The notes under the pieces were generated by a model. That model was not told the DNA's origin and searched no databases. It saw nothing but the letters and a program-made list of their open reading frames with translations. Below are positions 26,599 to 36,125 of a DNA stretch of 64,000 nt, one piece after another. The position numbers were made by a program, and so were the translations under genes. Positions within the stretch are counted from its first letter, which is position 1. Each line of letters starts with the position of its first letter. Where the stretch lies: the NCBI GenBank assembly GCA_964391505.1, contig CAYMMG010000005.1, forward strand, positions 19,676-83,675. Direction: 5' to 3'. This DNA comes from an uncultured Burkholderiales bacterium (GTDB lineage: Bacteria > Actinomycetota > Acidimicrobiia > IMCC26256 > JAGPDB01).

Positions 26599-29301
26599 GT
26601 GGCAATTCTTAAAAAGGTCCTCAGTGTTGGGGAAGGCAAAAAACTTAAGCGACTTCAAGCCCTTGTTCCTCTCGTCGCGTCCTTCGAAGACTCGATGAAG
26701 CAGAAATCGGATGAGCAACTTCGAGGTAAAACCGTACAATTTCGCCAAAGGCTTGAAGCCGGTGAGACTCTGGATGATCTTCTCCCAGAAGCATTTGCGA
26801 CAGTGCGTGAAGCCGCCACACGAGTCTTAGGTCAACGTCATTATGACGTCCAGATTATGGGTGGGGCAGCGCTTCACTATGGCTGGGTCGCAGAAATGAA
26901 GACAGGTGAAGGTAAAACGCTTGTTTCGACACTTGCCGCATATCTCAATGCGCTTGCAGGTAAAGGCGTACACATCGTTACTGTTAACGATTACTTGGCT
27001 CGACGTGACGCACTTTGGATGGGTCGCGTTCATGAATTTTTGGGGCTCACAATCGGAATCGTTCTCCCTGACATCGAAGATCCTGAACTCAAAGCGCAGG
27101 CATACGCATGCGACATTACATACGGAACAAATAATGAATTCGGTTTTGATTACCTGCGAGACAATATGGCGGTTCGTAAAAACGAACAAGCTCAAAGAGG
27201 ACATTTTTTTACCATTGTTGACGAAGTTGACTCCATCCTTATTGACGAAGCGCGTACTCCTCTGATCATTTCAGGTCCCGCAACCGAATCAAACGATCTT
27301 TACCAACAATTTGCTCGCATCGTCAAAGGTCTTGTTCCAGAACGCGATTATGAAGTTGATGAAGCGAAATTTACGGTTTCACCCACTGAAGAAGGAATCG
27401 AGCGCGTACAGCAGGCGCTCGGTATCGAAAATCTTTATGAGCATGTTCATCAAAACTTTGTTCACCAGCTGAATACCGCAATTAAAGCAAAAGAGCTGTA
27501 CAAAAAAGGTGTGGACTACATCATTCAAGATGGTGAAATAAAGATTGTTGATGAATTTACTGGTCGTATCCTCGAAGGTCGACGTTGGAGTGATGGAATT
27601 CACCAAGCAGTTGAAGCACGAGAGAACGTAGCGATCCAAGAAGAAAATCAAACACTCGCAACGGTTACGCTTCAAAACTATTTCAAACAGTACGAGAAGA
27701 TTTCAGGAATGACGGGTACAGGTTTAACCGAAGCCGGTGAGTTCATGCACACTTACGGACTCGAAGTAGTTTCGATTCCCACCCATCGCCCTGCAGCGCG
27801 AATAGATAATGCAGACTTTATATATAAGACCGAAGCAGGTAAATTCAACGCTGTAGTTAATGATCTTATTGAACGTCACCGAAAAGGTCAACCTGTACTT
27901 GTGGGTACTGTCTCGGTCGAGAAATCGGAACGTCTATCTCGTATGTTGACCAAAGTTGGAGTGAAACATCATGTCCTGAACGCAAAGGAGCACACGAAGG
28001 AAGGTCCTGTAATTGCTCAGGCTGGCCGCGTTGGCTCTGTAACTGTTGCGACTAACATGGCAGGTCGTGGTGTGGACATCCTGTTGGGTGGAAACCCCGA
28101 GGGTCTTGCTGCACAAGAATTAGCTGCAGAGGGTAAAACCCCGGAGTCGGCACCTGAAGAGTTCGCTGCACTTCAAGCGAAAATTGCTGATGCTTGCGCA
28201 CGAGAAGGCCAAGAGGTCGTGTCACTGGGCGGGCTTTACGTGTTGGGCACAGAACGCCACGAATCTCGACGAATCGATAATCAGTTGCGCGGACGTGCTG
28301 GTCGTCAAGGGGATCCAGGCGAAAGCCGCTTCTACTTATCTCTAGAAGATGATCTGATGCGATTATTTGCAAATAATGCAATGAACTGGGTGATGGGTCG
28401 AGCTTTCCCCGAAGATGTTCCTCTCGAAGCCAAAATGGTCAGCAAAGCTATTGAGCGTGCTCAGCAAACTGTTGAGGGTCGTAACTTCGAAATCCGAAAA
28501 GATGTTCTCAAATACGACGAGGTTATGAGTGAACAACGCAAAATTATCTATCGTCGTCGTCAGCAAATTCTTGATGGAGAAAATCTCGACGAAGAAGCAC
28601 TGCGCATTATTCAGGACGTTGTACTTCGCTTGACTTCGCTCTACTGCGATGGCGACTATCCAGAAACATGGAATATTGAATCGCTAATGAAAGATGCTTC
28701 AAATTATTATCCAATTTCGTTATCGACCGAAAAAATTTCTTCTTGTGACTCAGTTGGAGCGCTTCAAGAGATGATGTCAGCTGATGCACTTGATAGCTAC
28801 GCGAAGAAAGAACTCGATCTTGGGTCTGAGCGTCTTCGTGATATCGAACGCCGTGTCATGCTTGATGTGATTGATCAACATTGGCGAGAACATCTTTACG
28901 AAATGGACTATTTGCGTGAAGGTATTAATTTGCGAGCCATGGGTCAAAGGGATCCTGTGACGGAATGGCAACGTGAAGGTTTTGATATGTTCCAGGCCAT
29001 GATGGAGTCGATTGAAAATGACTTCGTTCAGTTTGTGATGAAACTTGAAGTAGTTCGTGAAGATCCTTCACAACGACGACCAGAGAAGCTCAGTTATTTT
29101 GCACCAGATAATCCAGTTCAGGGTTCTGCAAGTTTTCAAGGAATGAGCGATCCCGCTATTGCTGCTGCGGGTCAAGGACTTGTGCACAACTCGGGCGAGC
29201 CGGCTACTCAAACCCCGGTTCAGGTCGAACAAATGCCAGGACGAAACGAACTATGTTTTTGTGGCAGTGGGAAAAAATATAAACATTGTCACGGTCAATA
29301 A
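26599..29301 (+). CDS. secA: preprotein translocase ATPase SecA
   Basis: 900 aa, GTG start, with MKTGEGKT Walker A, DEVDSILIDEARTPLIISG and the C-terminal zinc motif CFCGSGKKYKHCHG. Confidence 0.97.
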   Translation: MAILKKVLSVGEGKKLKRLQALVPLVASFEDSMKQKSDEQLRGKTVQFRQRLEAGETLDDLLPEAFATVREAATRVLGQRHYDVQIMGGAALHYGWVAEMKTGEGKTLVSTLAAYLNALAGKGVHIVTVNDYLARRDALWMGRVHEFLGLTIGIVLPDIEDPELKAQAYACDITYGTNNEFGFDYLRDNMAVRKNEQAQRGHFFTIVDEVDSILIDEARTPLIISGPATESNDLYQQFARIVKGLVPERDYEVDEAKFTVSPTEEGIERVQQALGIENLYEHVHQNFVHQLNTAIKAKELYKKGVDYIIQDGEIKIVDEFTGRILEGRRWSDGIHQAVEARENVAIQEENQTLATVTLQNYFKQYEKISGMTGTGLTEAGEFMHTYGLEVVSIPTHRPAARIDNADFIYKTEAGKFNAVVNDLIERHRKGQPVLVGTVSVEKSERLSRMLTKVGVKHHVLNAKEHTKEGPVIAQAGRVGSVTVATNMAGRGVDILLGGNPEGLAAQELAAEGKTPESAPEEFAALQAKIADACAREGQEVVSLGGLYVLGTERHESRRIDNQLRGRAGRQGDPGESRFYLSLEDDLMRLFANNAMNWVMGRAFPEDVPLEAKMVSKAIERAQQTVEGRNFEIRKDVLKYDEVMSEQRKIIYRRRQQILDGENLDEEALRIIQDVVLRLTSLYCDGDYPETWNIESLMKDASNYYPISLSTEKISSCDSVGALQEMMSADALDSYAKKELDLGSERLRDIERRVMLDVIDQHWREHLYEMDYLREGINLRAMGQRDPVTEWQREGFDMFQAMMESIENDFVQFVMKLEVVREDPSQRRPEKLSYFAPDNPVQGSASFQGMSDPAIAAAGQGLVHNSGEPATQTPVQVEQMPGRNELCFCGSGKKYKHCHGQ

Positions 29302-29343
29302 GTTCATGGGCGTGTTTTCTCACGCGCGCAAAGGATAGTTATC

Positions 29344-30471
29344 ATGCGTGACTTCTCGGTACAGATGAAAGATCTCGCGCGTCGGGTTCAAGAAGCAAGC
29401 ATTTATTTACAAGTTGATGATGCGCGATTAGAAGTAGCCGAGCTTGAAACTCAGGCGGCGGATCCGACCTTGTGGGACGATCAGGATCGTGCTCGAAGTG
29501 TAACAAGTCGGCTTTCTTCTCTCAAGAGTGATATTGACGTGGTAGAGCAGCTGCAAGTAAGTCTTAGTGATATGCAGACCTTATATGAATTGATGCGTGA
29601 AGCAGGTGACGAATCAATTGAGAGTGAGATCGATCAGCTTTCGGGAGCGCTTACGAAACAGCTCGATCAGCTTGAACTCCGTTCTCTTTTTACCGGCGAA
29701 TATGATGAACGTGACGCGATCTGTTCCATTAACTCAGGGGCGGGCGGCACCGAGGCATGTGATTGGGCCGAGATGCTTTTTCGAATGTATTCGCGTTGGT
29801 GTGAACGCAACGAATTCACGCTTGTCGTCACGGATCTATCTCCGGGCGAAGAAGTAGGAATATCATCGGTATCGTTTACTGTTAAGGGTCGTCATGCATA
29901 TGGATTGTTGACAGGCGAGAAAGGAGTGCATCGGCTTGTGCGGATTTCACCCTTCGATTCACAATCGCGTCGTCATACGTCGTTTGCTTCTTTTGAAGTT
30001 GTTCCTGCACTTGAGGTCGAAGAACTTCCTGAAATAGATGAATCCGAACTTCGTGTCGATACCTATCGTGCTTCAGGTGCAGGGGGTCAGCATGTCAACA
30101 AAACAGACTCAGCGATACGATTGACACACCTTCCCACAGGAATTGTTGTTCAGTGTCAGAATGAGCGAAGTCAACTCCAGAACCGAGCACAAGCAATGGC
30201 GATCCTCAGCGCACGTTTGGCGGAGAAACAAAGGCTTGATCGGGCAGCTGAACTTGCCAAGATCTCAGGCAACAAAATGGAAGTGGGATGGGGGAGCCAA
30301 ATAAGAAGCTATGTCCTCGCTCCCTATCAGCTTGTTCGTGATGAACGAACAAAAATGATTGACGGACACGAAAAACCGATTTATGAAACAGGGAATGTCG
30401 TTAATGTTCTCGACGGTGATATCGAAAATTTTCTTTCAGCTTTCTTACAATGGCGCAGATCACAATCGTAG
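29344..30471 (+). CDS. prfB: peptide chain release factor 2 (single uninterrupted frame)
   Basis: 375 aa with the SPF tripeptide (RISPFDS) and GGQ (SGAGGQHVN). There is no in-frame TGA at the usual frameshift position (IYLQVDD). Confidence 0.95.
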   Translation: MRDFSVQMKDLARRVQEASIYLQVDDARLEVAELETQAADPTLWDDQDRARSVTSRLSSLKSDIDVVEQLQVSLSDMQTLYELMREAGDESIESEIDQLSGALTKQLDQLELRSLFTGEYDERDAICSINSGAGGTEACDWAEMLFRMYSRWCERNEFTLVVTDLSPGEEVGISSVSFTVKGRHAYGLLTGEKGVHRLVRISPFDSQSRRHTSFASFEVVPALEVEELPEIDESELRVDTYRASGAGGQHVNKTDSAIRLTHLPTGIVVQCQNERSQLQNRAQAMAILSARLAEKQRLDRAAELAKISGNKMEVGWGSQIRSYVLAPYQLVRDERTKMIDGHEKPIYETGNVVNVLDGDIENFLSAFLQWRRSQS

Positions 30472-30480
30472 GTTCCAGAT

Positions 30481-30521
30481 TAAGTGCGAGGTCCGTCCTC
30501 ACTAAGTGCGAGGTCCGTCCT
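30481..30521 (+). repeat. 22-bp tandem repeat x2 (TAAGTGCGAGGTCCGTCCT)
   Basis: Exact 19-nt copies lie at 30481-30499 and 30503-30521. The core GAGGTCCGTCCT(C) is complementary to the core of the downstream 58-bp repeats. Confidence 0.9.
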
Positions 30522-30547
30522 TAAAAAATGCGATCGTCTAGTTGAAC

Positions 30548-30720
30548 ACTATTTTCAAGAGGACGGACCTCATCGCCAATGCATCGAGACCGCGGCGTAG
30601 CGATCACTACTTTCAAGAGGACGGACCTCATCGCCAAAGCATCGAGACCGCGGGAAAGCGCTCTCTTAGTTCAAAAGGACGTGTCTCACCCTTCTCAGGG
30701 CGGAATCCTAAAGAAACTAG
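30548..30720 (+). repeat. ~58-bp tandem repeat x3 (third copy degenerate)
   Basis: ACTAYTTTCAAGAGGACGGACCTCATCGCCAAWGCATCGAGACCGCGG occurs at 30548 and 30606. A degenerate TTCAAAAGGACGTGTCTCACCC lies at about 30670. Confidence 0.85.
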
Positions 30721-30728
30721 GTGTGAGT

Positions 30729-30820
30729 CAACTGAACGAACTGCTGCTACTTCGTTGTTTTGGGGGAGGGTCGCACCTGCGCTTAGTCGCTACGCTCCTG
30801 GCGCAGGAACAACCCTAAAT
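30729..30820 (+). repeat. family A intergenic element, full unit
   Basis: CAACTGAACGAACTGCTGCTACTTCGTTGTTTTGGGGGAGGGTCGCACCTG...CAGGAACAACCCTAAAT. Confidence 0.9.
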
Positions 30821-30868
30821 GCGAAGAAATCTCTTCTCACCCTCGCACTTTGGTAACCTGTTATTTCC

Positions 30869-31576
30869 ATGATTCGCTTCGAAAACGTTACAAAACACTA
30901 CGGGCAAAATGTCGTTGCTCTTAGAGAAATCAATATCGAGATACAAAAAGGCGAGTTTTGTTTTCTTGTGGGACCTTCAGGTTCGGGTAAATCGTCCTTC
31001 TTGCGGCTCTTGTTGCGTGAAGAAGTTGCGAGCACAGGTCGAGTTCTTGTTGCGGGTCGAGATATTGGCCGACTTTCTCAGTGGAAAGTACCTCAGCTTC
31101 GACGAAATATTGGCTGTATTTTCCAGGACTTTAAACTGCTACCCAACCGTACGGTTTACGAAAATGTAGCTTTTGCTCAAGAAGTAATCGGTCGTCCCCG
31201 GGACGTCATCCGTGCTCAAGTTCCTCAAATTCTCGAACTTGTTGGACTCGCAGAAAAGCAGAACCGTTTTCCTAACGAACTCTCCGGTGGAGAGCAACAA
31301 CGTGTTTCTATTGCTCGTGCTTTTGTGAATCGTCCACTTATTCTTCTTGCTGATGAGCCAACAGGAAACCTCGACCCTGCAACAACAGTGGGTATTATGC
31401 GATTGCTCGATCGAATTAATAAGACAGGAACAACAGTTGTCATGGCTACGCATGACGTCCGTATCGTCAACGAAATGCGTCGACGAGTTATAGAACTCGA
31501 ACATGGAAACTTGGTACGTGACCAACAACGCGGTGTATATGGTTCTGCACAACAGGTAGAAGGGGAACAAGCATAA
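30869..31576 (+). CDS. ftsE: cell division ATP-binding protein FtsE
   Basis: 235 aa with GPSGSGKS Walker A, LSGGEQQR signature and [11 protein letters not shown] Walker B. Confidence 0.95.
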   Translation: MIRFENVTKHYGQNVVALREINIEIQKGEFCFLVGPSGSGKSSFLRLLLREEVASTGRVLVAGRDIGRLSQWKVPQLRRNIGCIFQDFKLLPNRTVYENVAFAQEVIGRPRDVIRAQVPQILELVGLAEKQNRFPNELSGGEQQRVSIARAFVNRPLILLADEPTGNLDPATTVGIMRLLDRINKTGTTVVMATHDVRIVNEMRRRVIELEHGNLVRDQQRGVYGSAQQVEGEQA

Positions 31577-32463
31577 TGCTTTCTCGCTTTTTCTACTTTC
31601 TCCGTGAAACTTTTATTTCGCTCCGTCGAAATATCTCAATGACTATTGCTGCTATTTTGACAATTTTCGTTACCCTCTCTTTGGTGGGTGTTGCAATGCT
31701 TGTGTTCTTCTGGAACGCTCAAGGCACAGCAACTGTTGAAAAAGCCGTTCGTTTTGAAGTCTTCATGCTCCCCAATGCACAGCAAGAACAGATTGATGAT
31801 GTTAGAAAAGAATTAGAGCAAGATAAAAAAGACGAAAAAGTTTCCAAGATCACGTTTTATTCAAAAGAAGAAGCATTTGATTTCTTTAAAAAATCATTTA
31901 AAGATGAAAAAGATCTTATTAAGTCGATTACCAAAGATGATCTTCCCGTTAGTTTCTTGGTAGCCCCACAAAAGCCTGATAAAAAGTTTGTACAGGATCT
32001 GATTGATACCTATAGCTCAACCCCTGGCGTGGACAAAGTGACGTTTGCAAACTTTGAAGATGACATTCAACGTGCCCGAGTTATTAATCGGACTCTTGCG
32101 GTGTTTGCGGCTGTGCTTTTGATCGCCAGCTGTGTGCTTGTTTTTAACACGGTGCGGTTAGCGGTTTACGCTCGTCGACGAGAAATAGAAATCATGAAGC
32201 TGGTTGGCGCAAGCAACTGGTTTGTTCAAGTTCCTTTTATGGCAGAAGGCGCAGTGCAGGGACTCGTAGGTGGTGTTTTTGCATCTGTAAGCGTGTTCGT
32301 ATTTCAGAATGCTGTTCTCGATAAACAATTCTCGACTGGATTTAAGGGGTTTGCTGTTTCGGCGACTCAATTATGGGGCACTGCCATCATGGTTGTTCTT
32401 CTTGGGATTGCAATCGGATTCATATCTTCCTATGTGGGTCTCAAGAGATATCTCGATGTTTAA
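31576..32463 (+). CDS. ftsX: cell division permease FtsX
   Basis: 295 aa. It overlaps the ftsE stop and has 4 TM segments with a large periplasmic loop. [11 protein letters not shown] motif. Confidence 0.85.
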   Translation: MLSRFFYFLRETFISLRRNISMTIAAILTIFVTLSLVGVAMLVFFWNAQGTATVEKAVRFEVFMLPNAQQEQIDDVRKELEQDKKDEKVSKITFYSKEEAFDFFKKSFKDEKDLIKSITKDDLPVSFLVAPQKPDKKFVQDLIDTYSSTPGVDKVTFANFEDDIQRARVINRTLAVFAAVLLIASCVLVFNTVRLAVYARRREIEIMKLVGASNWFVQVPFMAEGAVQGLVGGVFASVSVFVFQNAVLDKQFSTGFKGFAVSATQLWGTAIMVVLLGIAIGFISSYVGLKRYLDV

Positions 32464-32488
32464 TAAGGCCTGACCTTATTTCTCATAT

Positions 32489-32551
32489 GTCATCGCGAGA
32501 GAGCCGACCGAAGGGAGTCCTGAGCTTGCGAAGGATCTCGAGGGATCTCCG
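32489..32551 (+). repeat. family B intergenic element (long form)
   Basis: GTCATCGCGAGAGAGCCGACCGAAGGGAGTCCTGAGCTTGCGAAGGATCTCGAGGGATCTCCG. It is the near-exact reverse complement of 42848-42918. Confidence 0.8.
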
Positions 32552-32585
32552 TTGTGGATGTACGAGGCTAATCACAAGCCCCGCA

Positions 32586-32750
32586 ACAACTGAGCGGACT
32601 GCTGCAACTACTTTTCTTTTTGGGGGAGGGTCCGACCTGTTCGCTGTAGATCCCGATACAACTGTACGAACTGCTGCGGATTCGTTGGTCTTGGGGGAGG
32701 GCCGCACCTTGTAAAACCGCTTTGCGGTTGTCCAAGGAACGACCCTAAAT
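32586..32750 (+). repeat. family A intergenic element, dimer (truncated unit 32586-32657 + full unit 32658-32750)
   Basis: Both units carry ACAACTG.ACG.ACTGCTGC and TTGGGGGAGGG. The second ends GGCCGCACCTTGTAAAACCGCTTTGCGGTTGTCCAAGGAACGACCCTAAAT. Confidence 0.9.
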
Positions 32751-32824
32751 TGAGATGGTTTTTCGCATTGTGCGCCTGTGTGCGTAATAGTCCTTTCTTC
32801 CGGCTCTTTACTTTTCGTCGTTTC

Positions 32825-34072
32825 ATGACGAAGAATAGTCTTCGGGGAAAGGGAACGATCGCGTTGGCAAGAACACCTGCAAAGATATTGGGACTCGCAT
32901 TGTGTCTTTCTTTAATGCTGCCCATATCACATGCATTTGCAGTAACGAATTATTTTTCGCGTCCAACGGCTGACCCACGCATCGACAAACTTAAAGGTGA
33001 TTTGGAATACGTTTCTAAACAGGAAGCAGCGGAAGTCCAGAAGTATATAGCGCTCAAGGCTGAGAGCCAGAAAGCGGAAGCAGATCTCGCTTCGATCAAT
33101 AAAAAAATTCGTGATGCTGAAGCGCGACAGAAGTCCGCTCAAGATCAAGCAGCAAGCGCGCGAGCGGAGTTTGCAGCTGCGCAAGAACGATATGATCTAG
33201 CGGTTAAGGACTCCGAGACTGCCCATGATCGACGCTCAAAAGCAATTGTTCGTCTCTATCAAGAATCTTCAGATCCTGATGCAATTCCATCTATGTTGAG
33301 TGCAGGTCCCGAAGAACGTCAAGACATCATTCGTAAAACGTCACTGATGGAAAATTTCAATGACAAACAAACTGCTGTCATCTCTGATGCGGATATAAAA
33401 GCAAGTGAAGCAATACAAGAGCGAATGGCACATGAAGATGCGCGCATACGTGCTGAGGCAGCAGAAAAAATTGCGGCTGACGAAGAAATTTCTCTAGGAC
33501 CTTTGCATGAACAATACGCTGCTGCACAAAAGAAGGCGAAGGCAAATGAAACAGCCGAAAAGGCAATCGTTGATTCGTTGAAATCGAAGAAGGCTGGTTA
33601 TAACAGGCAGATTGCTCAGATAACTGCTGAATCGAATGCGCTTGCGGCACAGATCCGCAAAAAACAAAATAGCAATGTAGTTGTGGCTCCAGGAAAAATG
33701 CGACGGCCAGTGGGTGCGGCAATCAATTCGCCTTATGGTTATCGAGTACACCCGATTTATGGTGATTCACGTCTCCACGCGGGTGTTGACTTTAATGCGA
33801 GTTATGGCACCGCCATCGCAGCTGCGAAAGCCGGCAAAGTTATTTATGCCAGCCAGATGAGCGGATACGGAAACGTCATTATCATTGATCACGGTGGAGG
33901 AATCTCTACTCTTTACGCACACCAAAGTTCATTTGCAGTAAGTCTTGGCGCAGTGGTGAGTCAAGGTAAAACGATAGGTTATGTGGGTGCCACCGGAAAT
34001 GTTACAGGGCCACATCTTCACTTTGAAGTACGCGTTAACGGAGCGCCTGTTAACCCAATGCCGTATTTCTAG
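32825..34072 (+). CDS. coiled-coil M23 family metallopeptidase (EnvC/PcsB-like, FtsEX-associated candidate)
   Basis: The C-terminus carries HAGVDF...GNVIIIDHGGGISTLYAH...GPHLHFEV M23 motifs. A long coiled-coil precedes it, with a signal-like N-terminus. ATG 32825 is preferred over TTG 32750, which lies inside a repeat. Confidence 0.8.
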   Translation: MTKNSLRGKGTIALARTPAKILGLALCLSLMLPISHAFAVTNYFSRPTADPRIDKLKGDLEYVSKQEAAEVQKYIALKAESQKAEADLASINKKIRDAEARQKSAQDQAASARAEFAAAQERYDLAVKDSETAHDRRSKAIVRLYQESSDPDAIPSMLSAGPEERQDIIRKTSLMENFNDKQTAVISDADIKASEAIQERMAHEDARIRAEAAEKIAADEEISLGPLHEQYAAAQKKAKANETAEKAIVDSLKSKKAGYNRQIAQITAESNALAAQIRKKQNSNVVVAPGKMRRPVGAAINSPYGYRVHPIYGDSRLHAGVDFNASYGTAIAAAKAGKVIYASQMSGYGNVIIIDHGGGISTLYAHQSSFAVSLGAVVSQGKTIGYVGATGNVTGPHLHFEVRVNGAPVNPMPYF

Positions 34073-34704
34073 TTCGCTGGGTTCTTCACATATCGAAGGT
34101 AGGGCTTCTTCGCATCCCATCCATCAGGAAAGAGATCGTTAGCGTCTTCGTCACTTACAGCACTCGAAATGATGACATCTTCACCTTGTTTCCAATTGGC
34201 GGGTGTAGCAACTTTATACTTTCCTCCCAGTTGAAGGGCGTCAAGAACACGGAGTATTTCGTCAAAATTACGACCTACGGGAGCTGGGTAGGTAAGTGTC
34301 AATGCGACCTTCTTGTCCGGATTGATAACAAAGACACTCCGCACCGTCATGGAGTCACTTGCGTTGGGGTGAATCATGTCGTACAAGGTCGCCACTGTCC
34401 GGTCTTCATCTGCGACGATAGGGTAATCAACGGTTACGTTGCCCACTTCCTCGATATCGGAGACCCAGCTCTTGTGGGACCCCAGAGAGTCAACAGATAC
34501 GGCTAATACCTTGGTATTTCTCTTCGCAAATTCATCACTGAGACTTGCTACTGCACCCAATTCCGTGGTGCACACTGGTGTGAAGTCCTTTGGGTGAGAG
34601 AACAAAACTCCCCATGAATCTCCGAGATAATCGTGAAATGAAATATCTCCTTGCGTTGTACTGGCCGTAAAATTCGGCGCGGTGTCGGCTATCTGTAATG
34701 ACAT
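34069..34704 (-). CDS. 1-Cys peroxiredoxin (Prx6 type)
   Basis: FSHPKDFTPVCTTELG peroxidatic Cys motif. ATG 34704 has an AAAGGA RBS, whereas the upstream Met at 34821 adds a non-homologous 39 aa. Confidence 0.85.
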   Translation of the reverse strand: MSLQIADTAPNFTASTTQGDISFHDYLGDSWGVLFSHPKDFTPVCTTELGAVASLSDEFAKRNTKVLAVSVDSLGSHKSWVSDIEEVGNVTVDYPIVADEDRTVATLYDMIHPNASDSMTVRSVFVINPDKKVALTLTYPAPVGRNFDEILRVLDALQLGGKYKVATPANWKQGEDVIISSAVSDEDANDLFPDGWDAKKPYLRYVKNPAN

Positions 34705-34859
34705 TGTATATTTTCCTTTAAAGCTTTTTGCTGAGTCGAATAAGATCGAAGCAGAACTAAGCGTAGTTCTCGAAACGGGACTTGTAAAGAGGTACTCACC
34801 GTGGTCGGATATTTCGCGCATTTGACTTTAGGTATCCACATCGATCAGATTGTTCGACC

Positions 34860-35279
34860 GTGGGGGAAACATTTGCTGACGGACTTGAGCGCAAGCTGGG
34901 ATTTCGGGACGGTCAACGTATCGCTTTGATCGGTGCCACACCCGATGTTCTTGATTTTTTTTCTCACCAATTTCCTCATCTTGAGTTTTCAACATCTTTG
35001 CGCGGAGGATTTGACTTGGTCGTGTACTTCGCAACACGTAACTCAGATCTCTCTCGACGCATCAATACATTGACTCGTTCGTTGCGTGACAAAGGTGCAC
35101 TTTGGATTGCATGGCCGAAAAAAACATCTCGCATTGTGACGGATTTAAGTTTTGATGTCGTGCAAGAAACTGGGCTTGCGCAATCTCTTGTTGACACCAA
35201 GATCTGTTCAATTTCTGAGACATGGTCTGCACTTCGTTTTGCTCAGCGTGTTTCGCAGCAGGTTCCAGTCCCGGCTTAA
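34860..35279 (+). CDS. DUF3052-like conserved actinobacterial protein
   Basis: 139 aa. It is divergent from the peroxiredoxin, as in the mycobacterial ahpE neighbourhood (recalled). Confidence 0.55.
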   Translation: MGETFADGLERKLGFRDGQRIALIGATPDVLDFFSHQFPHLEFSTSLRGGFDLVVYFATRNSDLSRRINTLTRSLRDKGALWIAWPKKTSRIVTDLSFDVVQETGLAQSLVDTKICSISETWSALRFAQRVSQQVPVPA

Positions 35280-35292
35280 AGCAAACTCCGTA

Positions 35293-35393
35293 ACAACTGA
35301 ACGAACTTCTGTTACTGCGTTATCTTTGGGGGAGGGCCGCACCTTGGGCTACACGCCGCGAAGGTAGCTCCGTTCCCAAGGAACGACCCTAAA
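35293..35393 (+). repeat. family A intergenic element, full unit
   Basis: ACAACTGAACGAACTTCTG...TTTGGGGGAGGGCCGCACCTTGGG...CCCAAGGAACGACCCTAAA. Its end overlaps the TetR stop codon. Confidence 0.9.
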
Positions 35394-36000
35394 GTTCTAC
35401 TGCCATTGCTTCTTTCAGTACAGCAATGACGTGCTCACGTCGGGTCTCCAAAGCTTCCTTACTTAAAGGGTCGCCGTCGATCACGGCGCTTACTAATGAT
35501 GCATCTGACAAATACGAAAGTGATGCTCCATATCCCGTGATGAGAAGCTGACGTGGTTCATAATATTTGAGGCGACCAAGATCCATTTCGGATTGCAAGT
35601 ATTGTGCGCCTTGATCAACAAGTGGTTTCAGGGCTGTTCCGAGTTCGGTAGAAAAAAGCGATTCCGGGTCGAGCGCTTCTCGTCGAGCAATACGAACAAA
35701 GTACGGATGTTTTTCAAAAAAAGTAAATGCTGCACGTAAAAGTTTTTCAACTTGATCCCAGCCGGTGAGATTATTTCCGATTGCATCGGTCATGAGAAAA
35801 ACCCAGTCAGAAAATTCGTCGAGAATAACTGCTCGATACAGAGCTTCCTTGGACGAAAAGTGATGCAAGATTGAAGGTTTTTTTATTCCTACTTCTTCAG
35901 CAATGTCGTTAAGGCTCACCGCTGCGTATCCGTGATCTGCAAAATGTTTGAGTGCGGCACGAAGAATGAGTGCCTTGGTATCCGAAACCGTTGTTGTCAC
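35389..36000 (-). CDS. TetR family transcriptional regulator
   Basis: 203 aa with the N-terminal HTH ILRAALKHFADHGYAAVSLNDIAEEVGIKKPSILHHF. Confidence 0.8.
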   Translation of the reverse strand: MTTTVSDTKALILRAALKHFADHGYAAVSLNDIAEEVGIKKPSILHHFSSKEALYRAVILDEFSDWVFLMTDAIGNNLTGWDQVEKLLRAAFTFFEKHPYFVRIARREALDPESLFSTELGTALKPLVDQGAQYLQSEMDLGRLKYYEPRQLLITGYGASLSYLSDASLVSAVIDGDPLSKEALETRREHVIAVLKEAMAVEL

Positions 36001-36066
36001 GAACCCATTGTATTGCAGATACAGAGTAGTCTGTCATTATCAACTGTCATTCTGAGTTTTTACTTA

Positions 36067-36103
36067 GTCATTCCGAGTGAAACGAGGAATCTCCGCGAAG
36101 CGG
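36067..36103 (+). repeat. family B intergenic element (short form lacking the central ~40 nt)
   Basis: GTCATTCCGAGTGAAACGAGGAATCTCCGCGAAGCGG shares both ends with the long form. A further GTCATTCTGAG fragment lies at 36046-36056. Confidence 0.65.
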
Positions 36104-36125
36104 ATTGATTAGAAGGAGATAGCAT

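Noticed and set aside
29344-30471. Programmed +1 frameshift site in prfB.
   Set aside because: The RF2 frame is uninterrupted. The position equivalent to the E. coli CUU UGA C site reads IYLQVDD with no in-frame stop.
30542-30856. ORFs 30542-30856 (104 aa) and 30579-30818 (79 aa) between prfB and ftsE.
   Set aside because: They lie entirely in tandem/inverted repeat sequence and a family A unit. The repeats carry indels that shift the frame between copies, so conservation is at the nucleotide level, not the protein level.
32464-32824. Cyclic-di-AMP (ydaO-type) riboswitch upstream of the M23 cell-wall hydrolase, as often seen before actinobacterial hydrolase genes.
   Set aside because: The leader is fully accounted for by a family B unit and a family A dimer. 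I could not recognise the ydaO consensus by eye. A cmscan would be needed to exclude it formally.
32373-32925. ORFs 32373-32714 (+), 32483-32707 (-) and 32608-32925 (-). Similar ORFs occur at 36590-36966, 35152-35367, 26433-26639 and 48560-48760.
   Set aside because: They are translations of family A/B repeat units. The recurring peptide fragments such as TTERTAA appear in different frames at different loci. No RBS or start context is present.
34705-34821. Longest-ORF starts for several genes: 34821 peroxiredoxin, 32750 M23 peptidase, 61791 DUF4389, 61755 YdeI, 58587 operon gene 4, 55885 ArsR, 52544 aminotransferase, 39409 HNH.
   Set aside because: The internal starts have better RBS support and match the expected N-termini of the families. 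The upstream extensions overlap repeats or neighbouring genes.
36031-36079. Three GTCATT-containing direct repeats in the TetR/reductase divergent region as a TetR operator.
   Set aside because: Two of them belong to family B repeat sequence found at unrelated loci, and no clear palindrome typical of TetR operators is present.
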